Shown piece after piece: positions 36,535 to 45,980 of a DNA stretch of 64,000 bases. The position numbers and the translations under genes are program-made. Position 1 is the stretch's first letter. Every line of letters begins with the position of its first letter. The notes beneath the pieces were generated by a model that was not told the DNA's origin, searched no databases, and worked only from the letters and a program-made list of their open reading frames with translations. Source of the stretch: Deltaproteobacteria bacterium (lineage in GTDB: Bacteria > Myxococcota_A > Polyangia > JAAYKL01); contig JAFGQN010000148.1 in assembly GCA_016935665.1 (NCBI GenBank), positions 69,384 through 133,383 on the forward strand, written 5' to 3'.

Positions 36535-39474
36535 CTACCACACGGCCATCATGAGTGCATTCGGTGGAGAATCGCCTGCGAGGCTCAGAGTGATTTTGCC
36601 ATTTTCCGCAACACATTTTTCAAGGGATACCGATTGCAGTGAATTGGCGGCAATGCCTTTCAAATCGGCGATGCGTTGCTGACCGCATTGAACCTGGATG
36701 GCCGCCATGGGCTTCGGAAACTGAAAATGGAGTGTCGATGCTGTTTGTGTGCGCTGTTGCAAAATTGTTCCTTTTCGCAGGGAGACGCGTTTTTGCAGTT
36801 TGGCGATGTGCACATCCGTTTGTCTGGTTCTCATTGCGTCGATGGATTCCAATAAAGATAGTCCCTGGGGGATGGGGTTTTCCATCGCCATTTGGACAAC
36901 AAGCTCATTGATGACCTGGGAACCACCGATACTCGCCAATGCTTCGGCCAATTCCTCGCGCCGCGCTACAAAAGGTTCGCCTCTTAAGTATCTGGAGATG
37001 GGTTCGATGGCGGCACGGCATTTCAACCTGGCAAGCGCTGCCGCCGCGTCCTGACGCAACAGGTAATTGCCGAGCAGATCCATCAGCAGGGTCTCGGCCT
37101 CTTTTGCGTTGTTTGTTCCAAGCAGTTCAATGGCCTCCAGGCGTATGGCGGGGGCGGCTTTTTGAGCGGCAGCGATGTCCATGACATTCTGGATGGCGGT
37201 CTTGTCGTGCAATGACAAACGCGTGAGTTGCGCACGTGTCCAGGCCGCGCTCAAAGGATCCAACCCCGTGTCGGATTGGGACAACCCCCGCAGCTGCAAA
37301 AGCGTGTCTGCGGGTAATTGTGCGGCCATCGCCGACCACAGCCATCCGAGGCATACCGGATCGGAAACGCGGTCAAACGGAATGGGTGGAAGCCCACTGT
37401 GCCATCGCTCAAATATCAGTTCTGCCGCCTTGCGACGCACCACCTCCGGTGTGTCGTTGGACAAAAAGGGATACAATTCGGCGACAACGGATGTGTCGCC
37501 GCCCAGCGCCCGCTGAACGATTGGAGGCCAGCTTTGCAGACCGCCGTCCGCAGATACCGGGCGAAGCTCGGCTTTGGCATGGGATGCTTCCCATGTGACT
37601 ATTTTTTTCTTCAGGAGCTGTACCAATTGCGGGTGCTGATCGGCCACCGAGATGGTTTCCCCCGGATCGGCCCTGAGATCATACAGGCGAACAAGGCCTG
37701 AGGATTTGTCCCAAATCAATTTGTGGGAATCGAACAACACCATGCGTCTATCGTGCAGTTGAGAGAAAGCCGCCTTTTTCCGGGTGTCCGTTCCCATTAT
37801 CAGGCCGGACAGATTGTTGGACCGCACTCTGGGCGGCACTGGAATATCGACGATGGACAAAACCGTGCCCAGAATATCCACCAGATTTACCGGTTCCTTA
37901 ACAATATTATGGGGGACGCCGGGGACGTGAATCAGCAGTGGCACGCGCACCTGTTCATCGTAAAGTGTGGTGCCGTGGTATTTGCCGCCATGGTCGTTGA
38001 ATTCCTCACCGTGATCGGCGGCGACAACAATGATGGCGTCCGGATAATGGGTATCCGCGTAATCGAGCAACCGCTTGATGTGCTGGTCCGCCGTATGGAT
38101 TTCACAGTCGTAGCGTTGCTCATCGGAATTTCCAAAACGGGTGCATTCTTTTTTGTATGGTTCGTGGGGCTCAAACAGATGCACCCACACAAAAGGGGGG
38201 GCATCGTCGCCACTCACTTTTTCGAGAAACTCAATGGCCTGATTGATTTTCTGTTCTGCGGTAAACCGATATTCCATTTTCAAATAGCCAAAGCCGAACC
38301 CTTTTTTCTCCAGAGGTTTGAATTTGGTACGGTCGATAAAAAAGACGGACCGGGTAAAAAAGCCGCCGGTGCGATAGTGAAAGCGGCGCATAATTTCCGG
38401 CCACGTTTCCTGGTCGGCGGTGACATCCGGGATGTCGAACAGAGGTTTTATATATTTGCCGGTGATAAACGACGTTACGGCATATGACGTGTGGGGTAGC
38501 GCCGTATATGCACGTTTAAAAACGGTGGACTTCGATGCCAGCGCGTTGAGCGCCGGGGCGACAGCGGTGTCGGTGATATTTCCCGGCTCTATGCGGTCAT
38601 ATCGCATGGCATCCACGGTGATAAACAATACCGGAGCGCCAGGATGTTTCAGTTGTTTCTGCTCGGTGGCGTCTCCAACGGATGTCATCTCTTTTTCCGG
38701 CCGTAAATCGAGCAGCCTTTCATGTGGGGGAGGGACCAGTTTTTGCGAGAGGTGCACCACATCGGCGGCCGCAGCGGTTTTTTCCGTGATGACAAATCGA
38801 ATGTTCTGGGTGTTCCGTATCTGTTGCAGCGAGATGAGTCCACCCACTATAAATCCCACTGACAACGTGATGGCGCCGATGACAACGATAGAGGTGGCGG
38901 ACTTTTTCCAGACGAGCTGCCATGCAAAAGTGAACAGGAGCCATGAAAAAAACGTCAGCGCAATGTGAAAGGGGGCGTACAGGCGCACCAGCACAGTGAA
39001 ATCCGCAACCACCAGCAATAGACCTGTCACCGCACAACCCATCGCCAGCAATCGTTGTTTAAATATGCCGGAGATGGTGGCGCTCTTCGCGATAACGAGG
39101 CCGGTCACTGCAGCGGCAATCAGTCCCAATACAATGACAATGGCCTTCCGTCCAGGAATCGCTGACGCCTGAGGGCCTTCGGTCAGCAGCCACAGCAGTG
39201 TGACGAATACCGGCGAAAAGAGCAGGGCGGTGAACCACGGTTTGAATTTATGTCTTACACGGGAAATGCCGGCAGTGGCCGCAAATCCCGATACCGTGGC
39301 GAAAATGGCGCCCATCCCGCAAACCGCGGTGGACATATACAGCGCACGGAACATTTCGGAAGTGTCAAAAAACATATCGCGGGCGTTCAGGCACAGCGAG
39401 GCGCAGTCCAAAAGGCCCAGCAAGACGCCACTGACGCTTCCCGCCAGCAGCCATTGAATTAGTCTGTTTTTCAT
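36535..39474 (-). CDS. Polytopic membrane protein with an alkaline-phosphatase-superfamily (sulfatase/phosphoethanolamine-transferase-like) domain and C-terminal HEAT-like repeats
   Basis: About 8 N-terminal TM helices, then VLFITVDAMRYDR, HLFEPHEPY and VAADHGEEFNDHGGKYHG (metal/nucleophile-site blocks of the sulfatase fold). The C-terminal roughly 250 aa are helical repeats. Its start overlaps the recG stop by 4 bp. Confidence 0.65.
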   Translation of the reverse strand: MKNRLIQWLLAGSVSGVLLGLLDCASLCLNARDMFFDTSEMFRALYMSTAVCGMGAIFATVSGFAATAGISRVRHKFKPWFTALLFSPVFVTLLWLLTEGPQASAIPGRKAIVIVLGLIAAAVTGLVIAKSATISGIFKQRLLAMGCAVTGLLLVVADFTVLVRLYAPFHIALTFFSWLLFTFAWQLVWKKSATSIVVIGAITLSVGFIVGGLISLQQIRNTQNIRFVITEKTAAAADVVHLSQKLVPPPHERLLDLRPEKEMTSVGDATEQKQLKHPGAPVLFITVDAMRYDRIEPGNITDTAVAPALNALASKSTVFKRAYTALPHTSYAVTSFITGKYIKPLFDIPDVTADQETWPEIMRRFHYRTGGFFTRSVFFIDRTKFKPLEKKGFGFGYLKMEYRFTAEQKINQAIEFLEKVSGDDAPPFVWVHLFEPHEPYKKECTRFGNSDEQRYDCEIHTADQHIKRLLDYADTHYPDAIIVVAADHGEEFNDHGGKYHGTTLYDEQVRVPLLIHVPGVPHNIVKEPVNLVDILGTVLSIVDIPVPPRVRSNNLSGLIMGTDTRKKAAFSQLHDRRMVLFDSHKLIWDKSSGLVRLYDLRADPGETISVADQHPQLVQLLKKKIVTWEASHAKAELRPVSADGGLQSWPPIVQRALGGDTSVVAELYPFLSNDTPEVVRRKAAELIFERWHSGLPPIPFDRVSDPVCLGWLWSAMAAQLPADTLLQLRGLSQSDTGLDPLSAAWTRAQLTRLSLHDKTAIQNVMDIAAAQKAAPAIRLEAIELLGTNNAKEAETLLMDLLGNYLLRQDAAAALARLKCRAAIEPISRYLRGEPFVARREELAEALASIGGSQVINELVVQMAMENPIPQGLSLLESIDAMRTRQTDVHIAKLQKRVSLRKGTILQQRTQTASTLHFQFPKPMAAIQVQCGQQRIADLKGIAANSLQSVSLEKCVAENGKITLSLAGDSPPNALMMAVW

Positions 39475-41909
39475 CCGGATTCTTCTCCCACCGGTCCTTC
39501 GCCGGCCAGTATTCGTCTTCGCAGTTCGGCTCCCAAAGGCGCGTATTTGTCACAGGTCAGCAATGGAGATTCATTAAGTATTTTTTGTGCGTCGCTCCTC
39601 GCGGCACTGAGCAAATCCATGTCCCGTTTCAGATTTCCAAAGCGGAATCCGGGCAATCCCGCCTGGCGTTTGCCGTATAATTCACCAGGACCTCGTATCT
39701 GCAAATCCTGTTCGGCAATAAAAAAACCGTCGTTGGATTCACAAAGGGTCAAAATGCGGCGACGACTCTCGTCTGTTGATGGAGCTCCCACAACAAAACA
39801 ATGACTTTGTTTGTCTCCCCGACCGACGCGTCCGCGCAACTGATGCAGCTGGGCCAGTCCAAATCGTTCGCATCCTTCGATTATCATGGTGGTGGCGTTG
39901 GGAACGTTCACGCCCACTTCGATGACCGTGGTGCATACCAGCACGCCAAGCGCATTGGTTGCAAAACGTTCCATTATGGCATCCCGTTGTTCCACAGGCA
40001 AACGTCCGTGGAGCAACCCAACCCGGTGTGTTCCAAAATGATCGGCGTAAAAGGCAAACGCATTTTCCGCGTCACTCACGTCCAGCACTTCGCTCTGTTC
40101 AATAATGGGACACACCACATACACCTGTTCGCCACGAGACAACGTGTCCGCAATGTGATGCAACACATCTGAACGATTCTCCATTGAGACAAACGATGTG
40201 TGAACATTGGATCGTCCCGGTGGCAATTCATCAAGCACAGAGATGTCTAAATCGCCGTGAATCGTCAGTGCCAGCGAGCGGGGAATGGGTGTGGCGGTCA
40301 TGACCAGCAGGTGGGGCGCTTTTCCCGCTTTGGCTTTTCCCTGCAGGCCCAGACGCTGGGATACGCCAAAACGGTGTTGCTCGTCCACAATCGCCAGCCC
40401 CAGGTTGGCGAAAGTCACCGATTCGCTGATAAGCGCATGCGTGCCGATGGCCACCTGTATTCGGCCGTTGGCGGTTCGTTCCAAAAATTTTTTCCGGGCG
40501 CTGGAACGGGCGCTGCCCATGTGCAACGCGGCGTCAATTCCGATGTGCCGAAGGGCAGGGTAGAGTGTGCGCATGTGCTGTTCTGCCAGAATTTCGGTGG
40601 GCGCCATGAGAGCCGCCTGGTAGCCCGCTTCGACGCAGGCAATAATGGCTGCCAACGCCACCATGGTTTTTCCCGAACCCACGTCACCCTGCAGCAACCG
40701 TCGCATGGGAACCGGTCGCGCCATATCCATTTGTATCTCGTGCGTGACACGACGTTGGGCATTGGTGGGGAGAAAATCCAGCATTTGTGCCGCGCGCGAC
40801 GGGAGATTCTCATGGGACAACACAGCGGGAGCGCCGTGGCGCGTTTCACTGGCTTTTCGCAAACCGAGCGCCAATTGAATAAACAGAAATTCATCGTACG
40901 CCAGCCGTCGATGGGCCGGTGACGAGCCGTTCACCCATGCATCCAACTTTGAAATTTCCACATCATCAGGAGGAATATGCACCAGTCGCAAAGCATCCGC
41001 CAGCGGGATGAGCTGGTGTTGCCGTATCAGTGCAGCGGGAACGGGATCTGTGAGGAATTCATTCACATTGGCCAGTGCACTGTGGATTGCCTTTTCAATG
41101 GTTGCCCCCGGGATGCCGGGAATGTCCGGGTACACAGGTAAAATCCTGTCCATTGACTTGTTTGACTCGTCCTCCGTGGCCACTGCTGGATGGGCCATTT
41201 GCAGCGAATTGCGGTAATTCCCCACCAGACCGGCCATTTTCAGTTTCTGGCCTTTCACAAAGCGCGATGTGTTGGGACGTTTATTGGAAAACCACATTCC
41301 CACAATGCGGTCATCGCCGTCGCGTATCTCCACCTGCATAATGCGTTTCCAGGGTTTTCCAAATACCGAGACTTTTTCAATGATCCCTTCGGTAAGCGCA
41401 CGCATTCCCGGCTTTAGAGATGAAATCGGCGTCACGTTGCGCCGATCTTCGTAACGTCTGGGGAGCAGGAAAAGGATCTCCACTGGTGTGTCGATGCCGT
41501 AGGCCATGAGTCGCTCAGCGCTTTTGGGACCGATGCCCTTGAGCGCCAGCAGTTCGGATTTGACCTCGGTTTTGATGGTGGGACCTTTGAGTTCCGGCGA
41601 CACTGGCTCACTGATATTTGTGCGGATTTCATTTGCAGCAACACCTGCATCCGCCAATTCGATTGAAAGACCGGTAAGATATCGTTGCGCGCGGGCAAGA
41701 ATCACTTTTCGGTTCATCCCCGTGAACGTTTCGGGATTACCAATCGCTTCGATACATGCCGCCAGCTTTTTTTCGTCTGTCCCTTTTACCATTGTCAGCG
41801 ATTTCAGATGGTGTGGCGTGTCCGGTAACTGGGCCGGATCTTCACCACCAATCAGCGCCGACGCTATGGATATTTTTAATCGTGTTATGCTTTGGAAAAT
41901 ATCGGTCAT
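39471..41909 (-). CDS. recG: ATP-dependent DNA helicase RecG
   Basis: Helicase motifs GDVGSGKT, DEQHRFGV, TATPIPRS and LHQLRGRVGRG are present, with an N-terminal wedge-domain region. Confidence 0.9.
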   Translation of the reverse strand: MTDIFQSITRLKISIASALIGGEDPAQLPDTPHHLKSLTMVKGTDEKKLAACIEAIGNPETFTGMNRKVILARAQRYLTGLSIELADAGVAANEIRTNISEPVSPELKGPTIKTEVKSELLALKGIGPKSAERLMAYGIDTPVEILFLLPRRYEDRRNVTPISSLKPGMRALTEGIIEKVSVFGKPWKRIMQVEIRDGDDRIVGMWFSNKRPNTSRFVKGQKLKMAGLVGNYRNSLQMAHPAVATEDESNKSMDRILPVYPDIPGIPGATIEKAIHSALANVNEFLTDPVPAALIRQHQLIPLADALRLVHIPPDDVEISKLDAWVNGSSPAHRRLAYDEFLFIQLALGLRKASETRHGAPAVLSHENLPSRAAQMLDFLPTNAQRRVTHEIQMDMARPVPMRRLLQGDVGSGKTMVALAAIIACVEAGYQAALMAPTEILAEQHMRTLYPALRHIGIDAALHMGSARSSARKKFLERTANGRIQVAIGTHALISESVTFANLGLAIVDEQHRFGVSQRLGLQGKAKAGKAPHLLVMTATPIPRSLALTIHGDLDISVLDELPPGRSNVHTSFVSMENRSDVLHHIADTLSRGEQVYVVCPIIEQSEVLDVSDAENAFAFYADHFGTHRVGLLHGRLPVEQRDAIMERFATNALGVLVCTTVIEVGVNVPNATTMIIEGCERFGLAQLHQLRGRVGRGDKQSHCFVVGAPSTDESRRRILTLCESNDGFFIAEQDLQIRGPGELYGKRQAGLPGFRFGNLKRDMDLLSAARSDAQKILNESPLLTCDKYAPLGAELRRRILAGEGPVGEESG

Positions 41910-41935
41910 CGGGAAGGCGTGATCTGTGGGGATGT

Positions 41936-42409
41936 CTAAAATTCAACGTCGATTATTTCAACGACGCGATTTCCACCGGGAGTACGAATAGTGACCTCAT
42001 CGCCCACCTCCCGGCCGATGAGCGCCCTGGCAATGGGCGAACTGATGGATACGGTCCCCTGGTCAATATTCGATTCATCATCTCCCACGATGCGATACGT
42101 GGTTTCCTCGCCGTTGTCTGCATTTTCCATAGTCACTTTGGCGCCAAATACCACCTTGCTCCCTGAAAGTCTGGAAACATCAATGACCTCGGCGCGAGAG
42201 ATGCGATCTTCCAGATACTCAATTCGTCCGGCGATGAGTGACTGCTGCTCTTTAGCGGCATGATATTCCGCGTTTTCCGACAAATCCCCGTGGGCACGCG
42301 CTTCTTCAATGGCCTTAACGTTGGCCGGGCGTTTCACTGACCGCAGTTCTTTTAACTCTTCTTCCAGCTTCTTTTTGCCTTCCAATGTCATTGGATATTT
42401 ATCCATGAA
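41936..42409 (-). CDS. greA: Transcription elongation factor GreA
   Basis: MDKYPMTLEGKKKLEEELKELRSVKRPANVKAIEEARAHGDLSENAEYHAAKEQQ is near-identical in pattern to E. coli GreA. The C-terminal FKBP-like domain is present. Confidence 0.9.
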   Translation of the reverse strand, partial: FMDKYPMTLEGKKKLEEELKELRSVKRPANVKAIEEARAHGDLSENAEYHAAKEQQSLIAGRIEYLEDRISRAEVIDVSRLSGSKVVFGAKVTMENADNGEETTYRIVGDDESNIDQGTVSISSPIARALIGREVGDEVTIRTPGGNRVVEIIDVEF

Positions 42410-42903
42410 AACCTCCTGTCCAAATTTCGTGGGACTTATAACAGATAATGGCCAAATGGTACAGGGGACAAGCTCGATTTGATCATGATGGGGGACAAGT
42501 GCCACAGGACGCCAATGAGAGACACGGGTTGTTGATTAAAAGTATTTCAAATTTTGTCTTCATTGTAGCATGGAAATAATCGGTGGTTTTGTTATGCTGG
42601 GCATTTGAGGTGGACAACTATCAGAGTATTATTCTCCAATTATTCCATGATGTTTATTAATTCCGAGGCGAAACACCAGGGCCCCATCTTTATTTCCAGA
42701 CAACTGTTTGGGTATACTGATATTTTGCATTGATGGTGTAAATCATTGAAAACTAAAAACATTTTAATTCGGTTCGACTCACCAGGAGGGTTTTTTTTTT
42801 CCACCTCTTTAAGTACCGATTAACCACTACGACTTAGATTGAGTGCTGGCTGGACTTGAGTCGCCAGTTTGAGCAGCCAATTGTGCGAGGTAGCAATTTG
42901 ATA

Positions 42904-43932
42904 ATGAATCCGAATTTATATCTGTCCAAACCCGGTGTACGAATTCCTGAAGATCGTTATGACAATGATCGAATTGTTGATTTGGTGAAACAGAATTACC
43001 GAGGGAATCGCGTCGCGTGGGTGGCCATAGAAGCGGCGATTCGAAAAATTCTGGGAAAATGCAATACAAAGGTCCGGTATCTGGATTTTGACCGGAACTC
43101 ACGAGTCGCTGGATATGCGGCCGATGCGGCAAGGGATTGTCTCAGCAAAAACAACGCTACTCTCAATGATGTGGATCTTGTTATTTTTGGCGGCGTTGCC
43201 AGACAATACTTTGAACCGGCCACCGCCATGGAGGTTTGCACAAACCTGGGGATAACCGAAACCCATGCATTCGATGTCACCAGTGCCTGTGTGGGACATC
43301 TCGAATCCGTGCAGACCGCCTGTGGTTATCTGAGCATGCATACCGATTATCGCACTGCGCTCGTGGTCACCGCTGAGTTGACGCAGGAGTTTCTGTCGTT
43401 TGATATTCAGTCTCTTTCGGACCTCCAGTACAAGGCCGCCGGTTTAACCATTGGAAATGGCGCTGCAGCGTTCCTGATAAGCAAAAATCCGTGGCCAGGA
43501 GGATGCATGCGTATTGTATCCACCGATACGTACTCAATGCCCGCGCACTGGGATCTGTGCCAGGTGCCCATACGCGGGACCTTCAGTTCATCCTCAACGG
43601 AGTTAATGAAGTTGCATAAACACATTATTCCCAGACTTAAGGTGGTTTTGGAGAAACTGGGATGGGATCCCAACGATGTTGCTCACTACTGTTTTCATCA
43701 GCCCAGCGAGTTCATGACGCAAAAGGTGCTGGCAAAAGTGGGCGCAGATCTCGATAAGGGTGTGTACACACATCATATCTATGGCAACAACGCCAGTGCC
43801 ACCATCGGAATTGTTTTGGACTATTTGCTGTCCCAAAAAGAACTGTCTTCGGGAGAGAAGCTAATGCTGGGCAGTGCTGCATCCGGATTTACGATGGCGA
43901 CCATTTCTGGTATATGGGAAAAAAAAGGATGA
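42904..43932 (+). CDS. 3-oxoacyl-ACP synthase III (FabH)-like thiolase-fold condensing enzyme
   Basis: AFDVTSACVGHLESVQTA (active-site Cys in the FabH context AFD-x-x-x-AC-x-G), and C-terminal His/Asn blocks (HQPSEFMT..., GNNASATIGIVLDYLL). The start codon is uncertain (42856 or 42904). Confidence 0.65.
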   Translation: MNPNLYLSKPGVRIPEDRYDNDRIVDLVKQNYRGNRVAWVAIEAAIRKILGKCNTKVRYLDFDRNSRVAGYAADAARDCLSKNNATLNDVDLVIFGGVARQYFEPATAMEVCTNLGITETHAFDVTSACVGHLESVQTACGYLSMHTDYRTALVVTAELTQEFLSFDIQSLSDLQYKAAGLTIGNGAAAFLISKNPWPGGCMRIVSTDTYSMPAHWDLCQVPIRGTFSSSSTELMKLHKHIIPRLKVVLEKLGWDPNDVAHYCFHQPSEFMTQKVLAKVGADLDKGVYTHHIYGNNASATIGIVLDYLLSQKELSSGEKLMLGSAASGFTMATISGIWEKKG

Positions 43933-44024
43933 GATAGCCGGGAAATTTGCCGTGCATACCAAATTTGTCGGCTTAACACAGAATCAAATGTTTTAATTTT
44001 GGAAACAAACAAGAAGAGGGCCAT

Positions 44025-44861
44025 ATGACGACCTGGAATAAGAAAAAATTATTGAAATCCGTATTTATCTGCGCATTGGCGTTACTATCTCTGCTGTTGG
44101 TGTGTTGTGGCGCTGGGCCGGAAGATGGTGAGAGCAGTGGGGATTCCGACAGTGATGGAGACGGGGATGGCGACGGCGACGGTGATGTAGACCAGATTGA
44201 AGAAGTTGGCGATTTAGAGGGCAGAACATTCGTGTTGGATGAAATTGAGATTACCAAGTGGATGTCACCCGCGGGGCTCGGAAAAGAGTTGGGATCATCT
44301 GTTCCGCCCATGGCGTTTCAAATTACAAGTGCGAAGGATGGCAAACTGACCGCATTGCTCGGAATTGTTGACGGTGACAAGCAGGACAAATGCAATCCGA
44401 CTGTGGAGATGACAGGAACCATCGATGAAGATCCCGATTTTGGCGATAAAGTAAAATTCGAATTAGGTCCCAAAGATTTCGAGGCCATTTTAACCTACCC
44501 GGGACCAGAACCTGGCGATGACGATTTAGTTGTGGTGGCCACTATTCGCGATTTGCAATTAGTTGGTTACCTCAAGGAAGGCGCAACGATCTACGAAGGC
44601 GAAGGGCGAGAATATAATCTTATCGCCACTGTGGATTTCAGGCATATTGCACATCTGTTTTCCGGACAGGTCGACGACCCGGATGGGGATAATCTATGTG
44701 AACAGATGAGTGACCTTTATTCTGGTGTGAAGTGTGAAGCATGTCCCGATGATGATGAGGAGTATTGCGTCACTCTCAAAGGCGCCCAGATCTCAGCAAC
44801 AGCCGTGGCTGGCCTTGACATTAAAGAGGTTGACAAGGTTGGCGACGGGTGTGTGGAATAG
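44025..44861 (+). CDS. Acidic lipoprotein of unknown function (poly-Asp-Gly/Ser linker)
   Basis: Signal/lipobox LSLLLVCCGAG, then [20 protein letters not shown]. The remainder is very acidic with paired Cys and no known motif. Confidence 0.5.
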   Translation: MTTWNKKKLLKSVFICALALLSLLLVCCGAGPEDGESSGDSDSDGDGDGDGDGDVDQIEEVGDLEGRTFVLDEIEITKWMSPAGLGKELGSSVPPMAFQITSAKDGKLTALLGIVDGDKQDKCNPTVEMTGTIDEDPDFGDKVKFELGPKDFEAILTYPGPEPGDDDLVVVATIRDLQLVGYLKEGATIYEGEGREYNLIATVDFRHIAHLFSGQVDDPDGDNLCEQMSDLYSGVKCEACPDDDEEYCVTLKGAQISATAVAGLDIKEVDKVGDGCVE

Positions 44862-44954
44862 CGCGTTTTTAAGCAATCGGTAAAAAGTATTACAACATAA
44901 GTTTTACAACATAGTAATTGAGACGGACTGGCCAGATGGGAGAAAAGAATCTGC

Positions 44955-45968
44955 ATGGGTAAGTTTAACGGTTTTTTTGTTTTCACCACTTTGCTGTTGA
45001 TTGTTGGCGGCGGCTGTTTTGAGATTGTCGAGCCAAAGGCGAATATTCCGGAAAATGTCGAAACCGATAATGTCAGCACGTCCGGGGAAGCAGCATGCGA
45101 TTGTTCAGCAGATGATATGTCAAAGCGAGTGTTTCGATTTATCGAGTTGAACGTGGTTGAGCCGCCCCGCTTGCGAAAAACGATTGATGACCTCTGGTCC
45201 CATGAGCTGAATAATTTTCTTTTGAATGTATTGTTTATAGTAGATGACACCAAAAAATCGGGAGAAAAAAAAGGTGGTTTTTCACAGTTGTCGCTCACTG
45301 TTGGGCCTGGGTGGCGTACACCGGTGGAAGCTGACGAATTGTTTTGGACCTCTGAAAAAGAAGTCGATGAATTGTGTCTTGTGGATGATGATTTAAATCA
45401 GAAAGTGGATGTCACTTCGTTTGACGCGGCGGAGTGCACGTTTGTGAACAGCGATCTTAAAACACTTTATTTTCACATGGGCCACAAAGGAAATCCACTC
45501 ATGTGCGCCCCGCTTCTCAAACAACCCAATGCGACGCCATTGCATGATTTACGTGTGACTTTTCGGTTGAATGAGGATTGCACAGAGCTGAAGGATGGTT
45601 TTTTGAGTGGGTGTATTCCAATATCAGATGCGAATAAAATGTGTATGTGTGGCACAACCGGCGTGTGCGTTCGCGATGGCAACGAAGCGGACGAGCCGTT
45701 CCCGGATGAAATGGGGGAAGATGGGGATGAAACCTGGCCACTGAGTGACTCGCAGGAAAAAGCACTGCTCACATATTGCGTGAATGCCTGCGGCAAGGCA
45801 ACTGATTCGTCATGGTCATCTTACAGAGCTCTGATGGAGTTTGGATCGGATGAACCCACATGTGAAACTCAGAGTGGAGAACCGGGATACCGATTGACTG
45901 CCCGTTTTAAAGCGGAGGAAGTGACAAAACAATATTCCAGCGATCAGACTGTGTGTGAGGAAAATTAA
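44955..45968 (+). CDS. Cysteine-rich lipoprotein of unknown function
   Basis: Signal/lipobox LLLIVGGGC and about 20 Cys spread over 337 aa. No known motif. Confidence 0.45.
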   Translation: MGKFNGFFVFTTLLLIVGGGCFEIVEPKANIPENVETDNVSTSGEAACDCSADDMSKRVFRFIELNVVEPPRLRKTIDDLWSHELNNFLLNVLFIVDDTKKSGEKKGGFSQLSLTVGPGWRTPVEADELFWTSEKEVDELCLVDDDLNQKVDVTSFDAAECTFVNSDLKTLYFHMGHKGNPLMCAPLLKQPNATPLHDLRVTFRLNEDCTELKDGFLSGCIPISDANKMCMCGTTGVCVRDGNEADEPFPDEMGEDGDETWPLSDSQEKALLTYCVNACGKATDSSWSSYRALMEFGSDEPTCETQSGEPGYRLTARFKAEEVTKQYSSDQTVCEEN

Positions 45969-45980
45969 GGGCGGAGCCGT

